Of a stretch of DNA of 64,000 nucleotides, positions 54,934 through 64,000 are shown one piece after another. The stretch is from Candidatus Marinacidobacterales bacterium. Its GTDB lineage: Bacteria > Acidobacteriota > Vicinamibacteria > Marinacidobacterales > SMYC01. The DNA lies in assembly GCA_965224085.1 (NCBI GenBank), contig CBDCYI010000005.1:1856001-1920000 (forward strand), written 5' to 3'. Made by a program: the position numbers and the translations under genes. The notes under the pieces were generated by a model. The model worked only from the letters and a program-made list of their open reading frames with translations. It was not told the origin of the DNA and did not search any database. Within the stretch, counting starts at the first letter, position 1; every line of letters begins with the position of its first letter.

Positions 54934-56140
54934 CTAGGTGTTTCTGTTAGGGGAACTTCTGTTTAATTACTATCCATATTCGATTGGCCATGTGTATCGA
55001 GCGTTCGCTGAGCGAACCGAGCGATGGATTCGAGGACTTGGTCGGCGGATTTTGTCCACATGAACGGCTTGGGTTCGTCGTTGTGAGCATCGAGATAGTC
55101 TTGTATCGCATTGCGGCGCTGAGGCACGCTCGTGTGCGAGCCCTGCCGCAAGGCGTGTTCGGTGAGCAATCCAAAGAAGCGCTCAGCGAGGTTGAGCCAA
55201 GAGGCGTGTGTGGGCGTGAAGTGAAAGTGGAACCGAGGTCGCTTGGCGAGCCAACGTTTGATCGCCGGCGTCTTGTGCGTGGCGAGATTGTCGAGCACGA
55301 CATGGATGTCCAACTCGCGAGGAATGGCTGCTTCAATCTCAACGAGGAACTTCTTGAACTTCTATCGCTCGATGTCGCGTGTAGCACTTTCCGAGGACTT
55401 CGCCGGTTGCGGCGTCGAGCGCAGCAAACAGGTCAGTCGTTCCATGGCGAATGTTAGTCGTGGGTTTGTCGTTCGGGCTGGCCCAAACTCATCGGCAGGA
55501 CCGGTTGAAGCACGCTCGAGCGCTTGAATCTGCGATTTCTCGTCAACGCACAGCACGACCGCGTTGTCCGGCGGGTTCATATACAGGCCAACAACGTCGC
55601 GTACCTTTTCGACGAGTTGCGGGTCCTGCGAGAGACGAAACGATTCCGAGCGATGGGGTTGAAGTCCGAACGTTCGCCAAATACGGCCGATCGTCGAATG
55701 ACTCAGCCCAAGATGCTTGGCCATAGACCGCGTACTCCAATGGGTTCTTCCCTTGGGAGTCGTCTCCAGCGTCTTGGTCACGACTTCCTCGATTTGGTCG
55801 TCCGTGATCGTGCGCTCTACCCCGGGCCTGGGTTCGTCGTACAGCCCTTCCAATCGCTGTGCTACAAAGCGACTTCGCCACTTGCCCACCGTGCTCCTCA
55901 TGGTGCGCAGCTTCCTCGCGACCTCCGAATTCGTCAGTCCCGACGCGCACTGCAGCACGATTCTGGCCCGGAACGCTTGGTGCGGCGACGCCCGTCTGCG
56001 GCGAGTCAGTCGCTCAAGCGCTTTGGTTTCTTCAGAAGGTCAGCTTCAACTCAGCCAATTGCCGCCCGTTGTTGTTTCATGCACTTAGCAGATCACAACT
56101 GGACATGGTATGTCTACCGTTTTTTGTTCCAGGGGACTAG
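54934..56140 (-). mobile_element. IS630-family element, frameshifted transposase
   Basis: THWSTRSMA, CVDEKSQIQAL, HVVLDNLATHK, HFTPTHASWLN; CTAG at both ends. Confidence 0.9.
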
Positions 56141-56601
56141 AGAGCGCCGGACCCGTTCGGCGAGCTCGTCATCGTCGCGCGATTGGGCCGCAGAAAGCCC
56201 CGGCGCGCATACGACTCCAAAAGCGAGAAACAGAACCGCCGCAAGCCTTCGCATCGTCCCCTATGTCCATACCAAAGGAGGGCTGGAACTCCGGTGAAGG
56301 AGTGCCCACCCGATGCAACGCTTGCTTCGGCAGAATCTAGATACAGGCTGACGGCGAGGTTTTTCTCGGGATGGACTCGACGGCTCGGACGAGCGCCGTC
56401 CACAGGTTCTCGTGGGCTACCGGGAAGCTCGATCATCGCGCCGTTGTGTTTGCGATTCTAGCAAGGTTGGCGAGCGAGCCGGAAAACCCAGGTTCGCTTT
56501 TCACCCCAGGGGCTGGACACAGTAGAATTGTGTGGCTCTCAGTCAGGCTCGGCCAATCACAGACGGGAGCTGTGCCCATCTGGGGTGGGCGGCTTCGGCA
56601 G

Positions 56602-58047
56602 ATGCAGACATTTTTCGAGTTTATCGATCAAAGCTTCTACTTCCCGCCCGAGGGGTTTCAGGTCCTCGACGACGAGCTCTATTTTCACGGGATCAACGTG
56701 ATGGAGCTGATCGAGACCTACAAGACACCTCTGCGGTTCACCTACATGCCGATTATCTCGGAGAGAGTGAGGCGGGCGCGGAAGTACTTCCAGGACGCGA
56801 TTGACAAGGTTGGCTACCGTGGCAGCTACACCTATATGTATTGCACCAAGAGCGCCCACTTCAAACACGTAATGGTCGAGGTGCTCAAAGCCGGCGCGCA
56901 ACTGGAAACGTCGTCGGCCCTCGACATCCCGATCATCGACGCCCTCGAGCGTTCCGGCCACGTCAACAAACAGATCCGGGTGTTGTGCAACGGATTCAAA
57001 GACTACGAGTACAAGCAATACATCGTGGACATGCTGCACGACGGCTTCGAGAACTTCGTTCCGATACTCGACAACAAAGACGAGCTCGGTTTCTACGAGC
57101 AGGAGCTCCACGTGCCGTGCACGCTGGGGATTCGGCTTGCGACCGAGGAGCCGCCGGAATCGGGTTTCTATACGAGCCGCCTCGGGATGAGAGAGGACCA
57201 GATTATTCCGTTCTACATGCAAAAGCTCTCCGATCATCCGAGCCTGGGCGTGAAGTTGCTGCATTTCTTCGTGCACACCGGCATTCAAGACACGCCGTTT
57301 TTTTGGAGCGAGCTCCGTCGCTTCGTCAACTTCTACTGTCAGTTCAAGGTCGTCAATCCGAAGCTCGCAATGCTCGACCTCGGTGGTGGCCTGCCGTTCA
57401 GGAACTCGCTCGCGTTCGAGTACGACTACGAGTACGTCATCGGCGAGATCGTGCGGACGGTGCAAGAGATCTGCCGGGAGAACTCGGTCGAAGAGCCCGA
57501 CCTCATCACCGAGTTCGGAAGCTACACCGTTGCCGAGAGCAGCGGAACGCTCTTCAAAGTGTTGGGGAAGAAAGAGCAGAACGATCGTGAAAAGTGGCAC
57601 ATGATCGATGGCAGCGTCATCACCATGCTCCCTGACGTGTGGGCGCTCGGCCGCCGGTTCATGCTCCTGCCCATCAACAATTGGGACGCCGGTTACGAAA
57701 AAGTCGTCATCGGCGGTATGACCTGCGATGCCGATGATTATTACAGCGAAGAAACCCATCGCGGCTCGATCTTCATGCCGGACACACGCTTGCAGCAATA
57801 CATCGGGTTCTTCCACACCGGCGCCTACCAGGAAGTTCTGAGCGGAGTGGGAGGCCTCCACCACTGCCTCATGCCGGATCCGAAACACGTCGTGATCTCG
57901 CTCGACGATGAAGGGCATCGCGTGTTCCGCGTGCTCAGCGAAGAGCAGGTTTCCAAGCAAGTTCTCCGGACTCTCGGCTACCGGCGTGATCCAGATGCGC
58001 CTCCGGTGCGCTCCGCGAAATACCGGGACAAGAAGCTCGTCGAGTAG
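56602..58047 (+). CDS. speA: Arginine decarboxylase (alanine-racemase fold, short form)
   Basis: YCTKSAH PLP lysine, LETSS, CNGFK, DLGGG, GMTCDADDYY, HTGAYQE. Confidence 0.88.
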   Translation: MQTFFEFIDQSFYFPPEGFQVLDDELYFHGINVMELIETYKTPLRFTYMPIISERVRRARKYFQDAIDKVGYRGSYTYMYCTKSAHFKHVMVEVLKAGAQLETSSALDIPIIDALERSGHVNKQIRVLCNGFKDYEYKQYIVDMLHDGFENFVPILDNKDELGFYEQELHVPCTLGIRLATEEPPESGFYTSRLGMREDQIIPFYMQKLSDHPSLGVKLLHFFVHTGIQDTPFFWSELRRFVNFYCQFKVVNPKLAMLDLGGGLPFRNSLAFEYDYEYVIGEIVRTVQEICRENSVEEPDLITEFGSYTVAESSGTLFKVLGKKEQNDREKWHMIDGSVITMLPDVWALGRRFMLLPINNWDAGYEKVVIGGMTCDADDYYSEETHRGSIFMPDTRLQQYIGFFHTGAYQEVLSGVGGLHHCLMPDPKHVVISLDDEGHRVFRVLSEEQVSKQVLRTLGYRRDPDAPPVRSAKYRDKKLVE

Positions 58048-58059
58048 ACGCCCATCGGC

Positions 58060-59097
58060 ATGACGCGCGAAAACAACGTTCGCGATTTCGATCCGAGCCA
58101 ACCCGCTGCCACCAATACGCTCTGGGGTCTTCCGTTCGATGTGGACGACGCGGCTCTCGTCGTGCTTCCGGTGCCGTGGGAAGTGACGGTATCGTACGGT
58201 GCCGGCACCGCGAACGCACCCGCTGCCGTTCTTACGGCGTCGCGCCAGGTCGACCTCGAGAACGAGACGTATCCGAATGCGTGGAAGCAGGGGATTGCCA
58301 TGGCGCCCGAGCCCGAGGACGTGAGGCGCCTGAACGACGTGACCCGACCGAAGGCTCTCGAGGTCATCGACGCGATTGCACGGGGAAATGCGGAAAGCGG
58401 GGCCGCGTCGCTAGCCGAAGTGAACCGCGCTTGTGAAACGATGGTCGCCCGGGTGCGAAGCGATGCGACCGGTCTTCTCGATCGAGGCAAGCGGGTCGGC
58501 GTTCTCGGCGGTGACCATAGCGTGGCGCTTGGGCTCATGCAGGCGCTCGCCGAGCGTTACGACGATTTCGGCATCCTGCATATCGACGCCCATTGCGACC
58601 TTCGGGACGCTTACGATGGTTTCGTACACTCGCATGCATCGATCATGAGACACGCGCTCGGGTTACCAGGTCTTTCGAAAATGGTTCAAGTCGGCGTGCG
58701 CGGCACCTGCGAAGAAGAGATCGAGGTGATACGTGGTAGCGGACGCGTGGTGCAACTTTTTAGCGATCACATGCTGTCGGGACGAAGCTTCCACGGTGAG
58801 ACCTGGTCCGCGATGACCGACGATATCGTGCGGGAGCTTCCGGAGAATGTCTACGTGAGCTTCGACGTCGACGGGCTCGACCCGTCACTGTGCCCGGGAA
58901 CGGGAACGCCGGTGCCGGGAGGGCTGGCGTACGAACAAGCGCTCTATCTCGTCGAGCGGCTAGGCGCCACCGAGCGCAACATCGTGGGCTTCGACCTGAG
59001 TGAGGTATCGCCATCGGGCGAGAGGGGAAGCGAGTGGGACGCAAACGTCGGCGCGCGGTTACTCTATCGGCTGAGCTCGGCCGCGCTATCGCGGTAA
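58060..59097 (+). CDS. speB: Agmatinase
   Basis: GGDHS, HIDAHCDLR, SFDVDGLDP, PGTGTPVPGG. Confidence 0.9.
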   Translation: MTRENNVRDFDPSQPAATNTLWGLPFDVDDAALVVLPVPWEVTVSYGAGTANAPAAVLTASRQVDLENETYPNAWKQGIAMAPEPEDVRRLNDVTRPKALEVIDAIARGNAESGAASLAEVNRACETMVARVRSDATGLLDRGKRVGVLGGDHSVALGLMQALAERYDDFGILHIDAHCDLRDAYDGFVHSHASIMRHALGLPGLSKMVQVGVRGTCEEEIEVIRGSGRVVQLFSDHMLSGRSFHGETWSAMTDDIVRELPENVYVSFDVDGLDPSLCPGTGTPVPGGLAYEQALYLVERLGATERNIVGFDLSEVSPSGERGSEWDANVGARLLYRLSSAALSR

Positions 59098-59107
59098 GCG
59101 CGAGGAG

Positions 59108-60103
59108 ATGGACATGAAAAGGGAAAAAGGGCCGGTCTCTCGATTCATGGAGCACCACTTTCGCCATTTCAACGCGGCCACGGTCATCGATGCTTCGCGC
59201 GCGTACGAGGAGCTCGTCGACGGGGACGGCAAGATGATGATCACGCTCGCGGGGGCCATGAGCACGGCGGAGCTCGGACGCTCGCTCGCCGAGATGATCC
59301 GGCAGGAAAAAGTCGACATCATCTGTTGTACCGGTGCCAACCTTGAGGAAGACGTCTTCAACCTCGTCGCGCACAGCCACTACCAGCGGGTGCCGCACTA
59401 CCGCGAGCTCACCGCCGAGGACGAGGAGGCGCTCCTTGAGCAGCACTACAACCGCGTAACCGATACGTGCATCCCTGAGGAGGAGGCGATGCGGCGCATC
59501 GAGCACGGCATCTACGGGCTATGGGAGCGCGCCCACAAGGACAACGCACGCTATTTCCCCCATGAGTTCATCTACGAGCTCGTGCGCTCGGGCGAGCTCG
59601 AATCGTCCTACGACATCGATCCGGCAGATAGCTGGGTCGTCGCGGCATGCGAGAGGAACCTTCCGCTCGTCGTTCCCGGTTGGGAAGACTCGACCCTCGG
59701 CAATTTCTTCGCTGCCCACTGCATCCAAAAGGAGCTGGACCCGAACGTGATGCGTAACGGGATCGAGTATATGATCGAGCTTTCTAGCTGGTACAGCGAC
59801 AACGCCGAGCACGTCGAGAAAGGCGGCATCGGGTTCTACCAAATTGGAGGCGGGATTGCGGGCGATTTTCCGATCTGCGTCGTTCCGATGCTCCACCAGG
59901 ATCTTGGCAAAACCGACGTGCCCCGGTGGAGCTACTTCTGTCAGATCTCCGATTCCACCACCAGCTTCGGCTCGTACTCGGGCGCTGTCCCCAACGAGAA
60001 GATCACGTGGGGGAAACTCGGTGTCGACACGCCGAAATTCATCATCGAGTCGGACGCGTCGATCGTCGCCCCGCTGATGTTCGCCTGGATCCTCGGGCTG
60101 TAG
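59108..60103 (+). CDS. Deoxyhypusine-synthase-like protein (probable homospermidine synthase)
   Basis: TLAGAMSTAELG, CTGANLEED, IGGGIAGDF, GSYSGAVPNEKITWGKL, SDASIVAPL. Confidence 0.9.
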   Translation: MDMKREKGPVSRFMEHHFRHFNAATVIDASRAYEELVDGDGKMMITLAGAMSTAELGRSLAEMIRQEKVDIICCTGANLEEDVFNLVAHSHYQRVPHYRELTAEDEEALLEQHYNRVTDTCIPEEEAMRRIEHGIYGLWERAHKDNARYFPHEFIYELVRSGELESSYDIDPADSWVVAACERNLPLVVPGWEDSTLGNFFAAHCIQKELDPNVMRNGIEYMIELSSWYSDNAEHVEKGGIGFYQIGGGIAGDFPICVVPMLHQDLGKTDVPRWSYFCQISDSTTSFGSYSGAVPNEKITWGKLGVDTPKFIIESDASIVAPLMFAWILGL

Positions 60104-60162
60104 CCCCCCCGGCTTCGCCAAGGCTACGGCGAGGCCTTTCCGTTTTGACAAACACGCAAGTT

Positions 60163-60522
60163 GGTGCTTGCGCTGTTTGCTGTTGGTGATGTGTACGTAT
60201 CCGTTTGCAAAAAAAGCGCTTACACTCCGTTTACCGCGCGGCGAAGGTCATGAGCGTTATTTTGGCTGTAATTTAACCCTAATCGCAAAATCTTCGAAGC
60301 ACGAAAACGCGAAACAGCCGCACTGGGCGCAGGCGAGAAGCTCGTGCTGGGGCACCCGCTCGCCGCCACTATAGGTGATTCTGCACGGTGTATGCAGAAC
60401 CTGGAAAAGGTGCTATTCACGGGGCCAAAGACCTCAGACACGGTGACGTTTATTTGCGATTAGGGTTAATGCAGCGTAAAGTCTTAGCGTCATCTTACCA
60501 ACACTTAATGGCGGAAGCACCA
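60163..60522. mobile_element. IS1-derived MITE carrying TTAA MITE copy 4 (60277-60465) at a different TTAA
   Basis: GCTGTAAT-TTAA|CCC...GGG|TTAA-TGCAGCG; the IR-proximal TTAA (CCAACACTTAATGG) is empty here. Confidence 0.88.
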
Positions 60523-61315
60523 GACCTTCGGGAATCTAATGCCGGAATTGGCGCTCTATGCCGCCCTCGAAGGCGTCATTCCTCGTTTCGACGTACTGGT
60601 CATGGATGAAGAACAAGACGTGTTGAACGCGGACACGCTCGAGGTCTTGTCCGAGCTCCTTGAGCATGGCGCAGAGTATGGCCGTTGGTGGCGGTTCCTC
60701 GACTCCAACAACCAAGCGTCGCTATACGGCAAGCTGGACGACACGGTCTTCGATCAATTGAGGGGTGTCGTACACTCTCAATTCCTCACCGTGAACTCTA
60801 GGAACACACGGGAAATCGCCTATCACACAACTCTGATGGCGCAACCGAAACTAGCGAGCCATGGAAGGGTCGGCGGACGTCCTGTAGAGTTCGTTTCGTT
60901 CTCAAGCGGGAAGTCCCTGTTTGGTAAGCTGGACGACATCTTGGTCCAGCCCATGAAACAAGGGGTGTCTGATGGACGTGTCACGGTGCTGCTAGCGCGC
61001 GTCTCGAGGCCAGCCGACGAAAGCAAATTTCGAGAACTCGGCGTGTCCCCGGTCAGAAACGAATCGTTCGATCATATTGGGGCAAGATCGGCTCCGACCT
61101 CGGCCGTAGTATCGCGATTCAAACGGCTAGAGAACGGCGTGATCGTCCTCGTGGGCGTCGAAAACGTCGACGAAGACTGGTGGTGGGCGGTCTGCTACGT
61201 CGGAATGTCTCGGGCGCGCACGCGTCTGCACGTGATTTTGTCGGCCAATTGCGAGGGGATCAGAAAACAACGTTGGGAGGCTCAGCTCGAAAGCGCCTAC
61301 GAAGGAAAGTCGTAG
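60523..61315 (+). pseudogene. SF1/UvrD-like helicase C-terminal part (5'-truncated)
   Basis: FDVLVMDEEQD, LTVNSRNT, RFKRLE, YVGMSRARTRL. Confidence 0.75.
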
Positions 61316-61319
61316 CGAA

Positions 61320-63329
61320 GTGGATTCGGTAACAGATGTAAGAGGAACGCTGATCGACTTCGTGCGCGCCGATTTGGTAGGACCTGCACACGGCAGGGAC
61401 GAGGTGATCGAAGATCCGCCGTACGTGAAGTACGCGGCTGGCGTGCTTCCGCAGGAGTCGAAGGTCGACGGATCGGGTTCGGTACGAGGTGTCGAAGCGG
61501 ACGATGGCGAGGACTCGGACGGTGGCTTCGATGACGACATCGTCGAGACCGAAGGAGCCTCGTTACCGGACCAAACCGAGACGCGCGAAGACGGCGAGGT
61601 GTACGACGAAGCCGTCAGACTAGCGAACCAGTACAAACCGTCGGCGATTGCCTTGACGTTCGCTATTCCGGAAGCCGTTCGTCACCTCGACATCGCGATC
61701 ACAGCCGCCGAATACGACGGCGAAACGAGGTCATCGGCGGACGGACGCCGACAAAACAGAGTGTGGAAACGGCGTGAACTATCACTCGATCCCATTCGGT
61801 TGCCTCTGCCTGGTGCATCCATCGAACACCATTCCGTAGCTGATGGGCTCAAATTCTGCCTGCTGGTGAGCGACAAACCAGTTCGCCATATCGTCACCGC
61901 TAGTCTGTACAACGACACGGAAGCTGGCGGCGGCGATACTCGGACGTTCTATCAAGTCGGGTTCTCGGTAAGTTGTGCCGAATCGGGTTGCGAGCTGGTG
62001 GAGTACTCCGATTCAGAGCACGCGATGGCGTTCGACGACGAGGAACTGTCGCTGGAGATGATGTATCGCGATCGCAAGAGTTTCGCCGTGGGCCACGGCT
62101 GCGCGGCAGATTGGGTCGAGGGGGACCGCGGTGGGGCGACATCGGTGCGCACAGAATCTATTCCACGAGTCGTCGTTCCGCCTGTCGAACCTCGATCAGG
62201 AGAGTCTTCCTATCTCAGCATGGAGTTCTTGCAGGGCACCTCGCCGGATCCGGTGAGCGACATACCTCGCGCGCTCGGTGAGCTCTGCGGAAACTATGAA
62301 GCATGGATCGACTCGAAGTCGGAGCAGGCGGTCGAACTGCCTGCAAAGTACGAGGGCGTCGCAGCTTCCAACTTGACGTTGTGCCGACTTGCCGTCGACC
62401 GAATACGTCGTGGTGTGGACACGATCGCTGCGGATGAGATCGCGATGGAAGCGTTCAAGCTTGCAAATCGAGCGATCCTTATGCAGCAACATCACTCTCG
62501 ATTGCCGGTGCACAAGATCGATGGTGATCCGGTGAATTTCCACGGATGGACGGACTACGAAAGTGACTGGGTGAGACAGCGTGGATACTGGCGGACCTTC
62601 CAGCTCGCGTTCGTGTTGATGGTCATACCGGGACTCGTCGATGAGACCGATTGGATACGTTTGGACGACGAGGACATTGCCACTCGCGACCTCGTCGATC
62701 TGATTTGGTTTCCAACGGGCGGTGGCAAGACGGAGGCTTATCTCGGATTGAGTGCTTTCCTCATCTTCCTGACACGACTTCGAAACCCGAGCCGCACAGG
62801 GTGTAACGTCCTCATGCGATACACGTTGCGACTGCTGACCAGTCAACAGTTCCAACGCGCAGCGTCGCTCATCTGCGCCTGTGAATTGATCCGGGCGAAG
62901 GACCCCGATCGATTCGGCGTGGAACCGATTTCGATCGGCTTATGGGTCGGCAAGTCGCTGACACCGAACGACGAGAAGGCCGCTCAGAGCGCTGTGCGAA
63001 GCCTCATGAAGCAGGGGGAGTTAGGGCGGGCCGCGACGTTCGTAAAAGCAGACATCCCCGAGTTTCTGCCTACCATGCATCGTCGTTACGGCCTATCGAA
63101 AGACGATGACCCGGACCGCCGACGATACATGCACACTTCTGAAGAGCTCACGAGCCGTAGAAACGAGGATGAAATTCCAAAGATACTCGCCCGGCTCGAA
63201 CAACGTTACAGCCACACGGGTCGATACGAGTCGCAGGCGCTCGATACTGTGTTGGCGACCAACATGATATCGGTTGGTATAGACGTCGAGCGACTCGGTC
63301 TGATGATAGCCGTGGAACATTTCAAGTGA
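61320..63329 (+). pseudogene. DISARM DrmA-like SF2 helicase, internally deleted and 3'-truncated
   Basis: DLVGP, FQLAF, LIWFPTGGGKTEAYLG, RYTLRLLTSQQFQRA, IGLWVG, LATNMISVGIDVERLGLM. Walker B region and motif VI are absent. Confidence 0.8.
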
Positions 63330-63865
63330 ACAACCACCGCCTAGAAGGCGGTGGCTTCAAGGGCTGTCAATTGGAAATTGACTGTCGTCGTGAAGAGGCT
63401 CGCCATCCTGGGAGTCTATGTACTCCTTTACCATCTCGTCCGTTATGCTTCCTGAACTCACCGCCAGATATCCTCGGGCCCAGAAGTGCCGGCCCCAAAA
63501 CTTCTTCCTCAGGTGAGCAAACTCCTGAAGGAGTACTCGGGAGCTTATTCCTTTTAGCCACTGCACGATCGTACTCAGGTCCTGGTGTGGTCGGTAGGAT
63601 ACGAACACGTGGACGTGGTCGCGTGCAACCTTACCCGAGATTATGTGCAGCTCATGTTCCATCGCGATCTGACGAATCAGATCGCGCACACGAACCGCTA
63701 CTGGACCGATCAAAACCTTTTTACGGTATTTCGGTATCCAAACGATGTGCGCTTTTAGGTCCGTTTTCGTGTGCGCTCCGTGCCTGTAGTGACGCACGCG
63801 ACCACAATACCACGATCTTCTCTTCGCCTAAAGGCGAGGGGTTTCGACCATCCCCGGAAGAGACA
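63326..63865 (-). mobile_element. tnpA: IS200 element, tnpA 63357-63797
   Basis: HIVWIPKYRK, DHVH HUH motif, FWARGY, YIDSQ; subterminal hairpins CCACCGCCTAGAAGGCGGTGG and TTCGCCTAAAGGCGAG. Confidence 0.95.
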
Positions 63866-64000
63866 GTGAACAACCACCGCCTAGAAGGCGGTGGCTTCAA
63901 GGGCTGTCAATTGGAAATTGACTGTCGTCGTGAAGAGGCTCGCCATCCTGGGAGTCTATGTACTCCTTTACCATCTCGTCCGTTATGCTTCCTGAACTCA
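63866..64000 (-). mobile_element. Second head-to-tail IS200 copy (runs off the window)
   Basis: Identical to 63326-63460; period 540 bp. Confidence 0.9.

Noticed and set aside
60104-60140. Hairpin after the DHS-like gene as a distinct ncRNA
   Set aside because: Single short imperfect palindrome; could be a terminator or REP-like unit and cannot be supported further.
63357-63865. IS605-type tnpB/omega-RNA system
   Set aside because: The 540-bp unit contains only tnpA.
1-64000. tRNA or rRNA genes
   Set aside because: None recognised by eye; a tRNAscan/Infernal run would be needed to exclude them.

Overview
GC-rich bacterial window (an Acidobacteriota-like gene repertoire is my inference only). 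It is a mosaic of short gene islands separated by a very high density of IS fragments (IS630, IS91, IS110, IS3, IS1, IS5/IS903, IS66, IS21, IS256, IS1634, IS200 and rve-integrase elements) and MITEs. Intact or near-intact cargo: a cysG-sulfite/nitrite reductase operon, a lipoprotein sulfatase-like gene, clpC, outer-membrane proteins (TonB-dependent receptors, a DUF5916-type barrel, a small beta-barrel), an RRM protein, a SNF2 helicase plus SWIM pair, fxsA and a speA-speB-deoxyhypusine-synthase-like operon. Many truncated defence-type genes are present: type I-E cascade genes without an array, a type I-D-like Cas3 piece, a DUF1998 helicase followed by a PD-(D/E)XK nuclease, a DrmA-like helicase, a type III Res-like piece and DUF2188 plus PIN. 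Most notable: (1) a candidate Cys-sensing leader-peptide transcription attenuator with a full 1:2/2:3/3:4 layout upstream of cysG-sir; (2) a 189-bp piggyBac-like TTAA MITE whose four copies all sit in IS1-family end sequences; (3) a two-copy cassette of an acidic (EPEAA)n repeat protein plus an uncharacterised protein. Many junctions may be assembly chimeras. All family names come from motif recognition by eye, not from database searches.
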